A DNA stretch of 16,822 bases from Bdellovibrionia bacterium (lineage in GTDB: Bacteria > Bdellovibrionota > UBA1018): positions 1-16,822 of the forward strand of contig JBMSSC010000056.1 in assembly GCA_049424145.1 (NCBI GenBank), read 5' to 3'. Shown in pieces: positions 16,789 to 16,822 of the stretch. The translations under genes were made by a program, and so were the position numbers. The first letter of the stretch is position 1. Each line of letters opens with the position of its first letter. Below the pieces are notes generated by a model, which worked only from the letters and a program-made list of their open reading frames with translations, was not told the origin of the DNA and searched no databases.

Positions 16789-16817
16789 AAATTACATTAG
16801 TTTTATTTTTTCGTCAA
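16789..16817 (-). promoter_or_regulatory. Putative sigma70 promoter of the SPOR-cupin-manC cluster
   Basis: On the minus strand, TTGACG (16817-16812), a 17-nt AT-rich spacer and TAATTT (16794-16789), ending 14 nt before the ATG at 16774. Confidence 0.6.
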
Positions 16818-16822
16818 GCAGG

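Overview
Bacterial chromosomal window that is mostly housekeeping and cell-envelope genes. Gene content and protein style suggest a Bdellovibrionota/deltaproteobacteria-like diderm; this is inference, not verified. In order: tRNA-Phe(GAA) (-); a DCC1-like thiol-disulfide oxidoreductase fused to a lipase maturation factor (LMF) membrane domain; groES-groEL with a strongly structured ~180-nt leader and an intrinsic terminator; a small outer-membrane beta-barrel and an orphan PhaR-type DNA-binding protein (both -); a palindrome-rich divergent intergenic region; a TPR protein, a LolB-like lipoprotein and a complete Opp/Dpp-family peptide ABC transporter (+); and a convergent SPOR protein, cupin and mannose-1-phosphate guanylyltransferase cluster (-). 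I see no mobile element, CRISPR array or defence system, and no clearly new multi-gene system. The best leads are the DCC1-LMF redox/folding fusion next to groESL, the non-canonical groES leader (CIRCE-geometry palindrome plus a candidate RNA thermometer), the TPR plus LolB-like pair in an apparently non-beta/gamma lineage, and the orphan PhaR-like regulator with its upstream palindromes.
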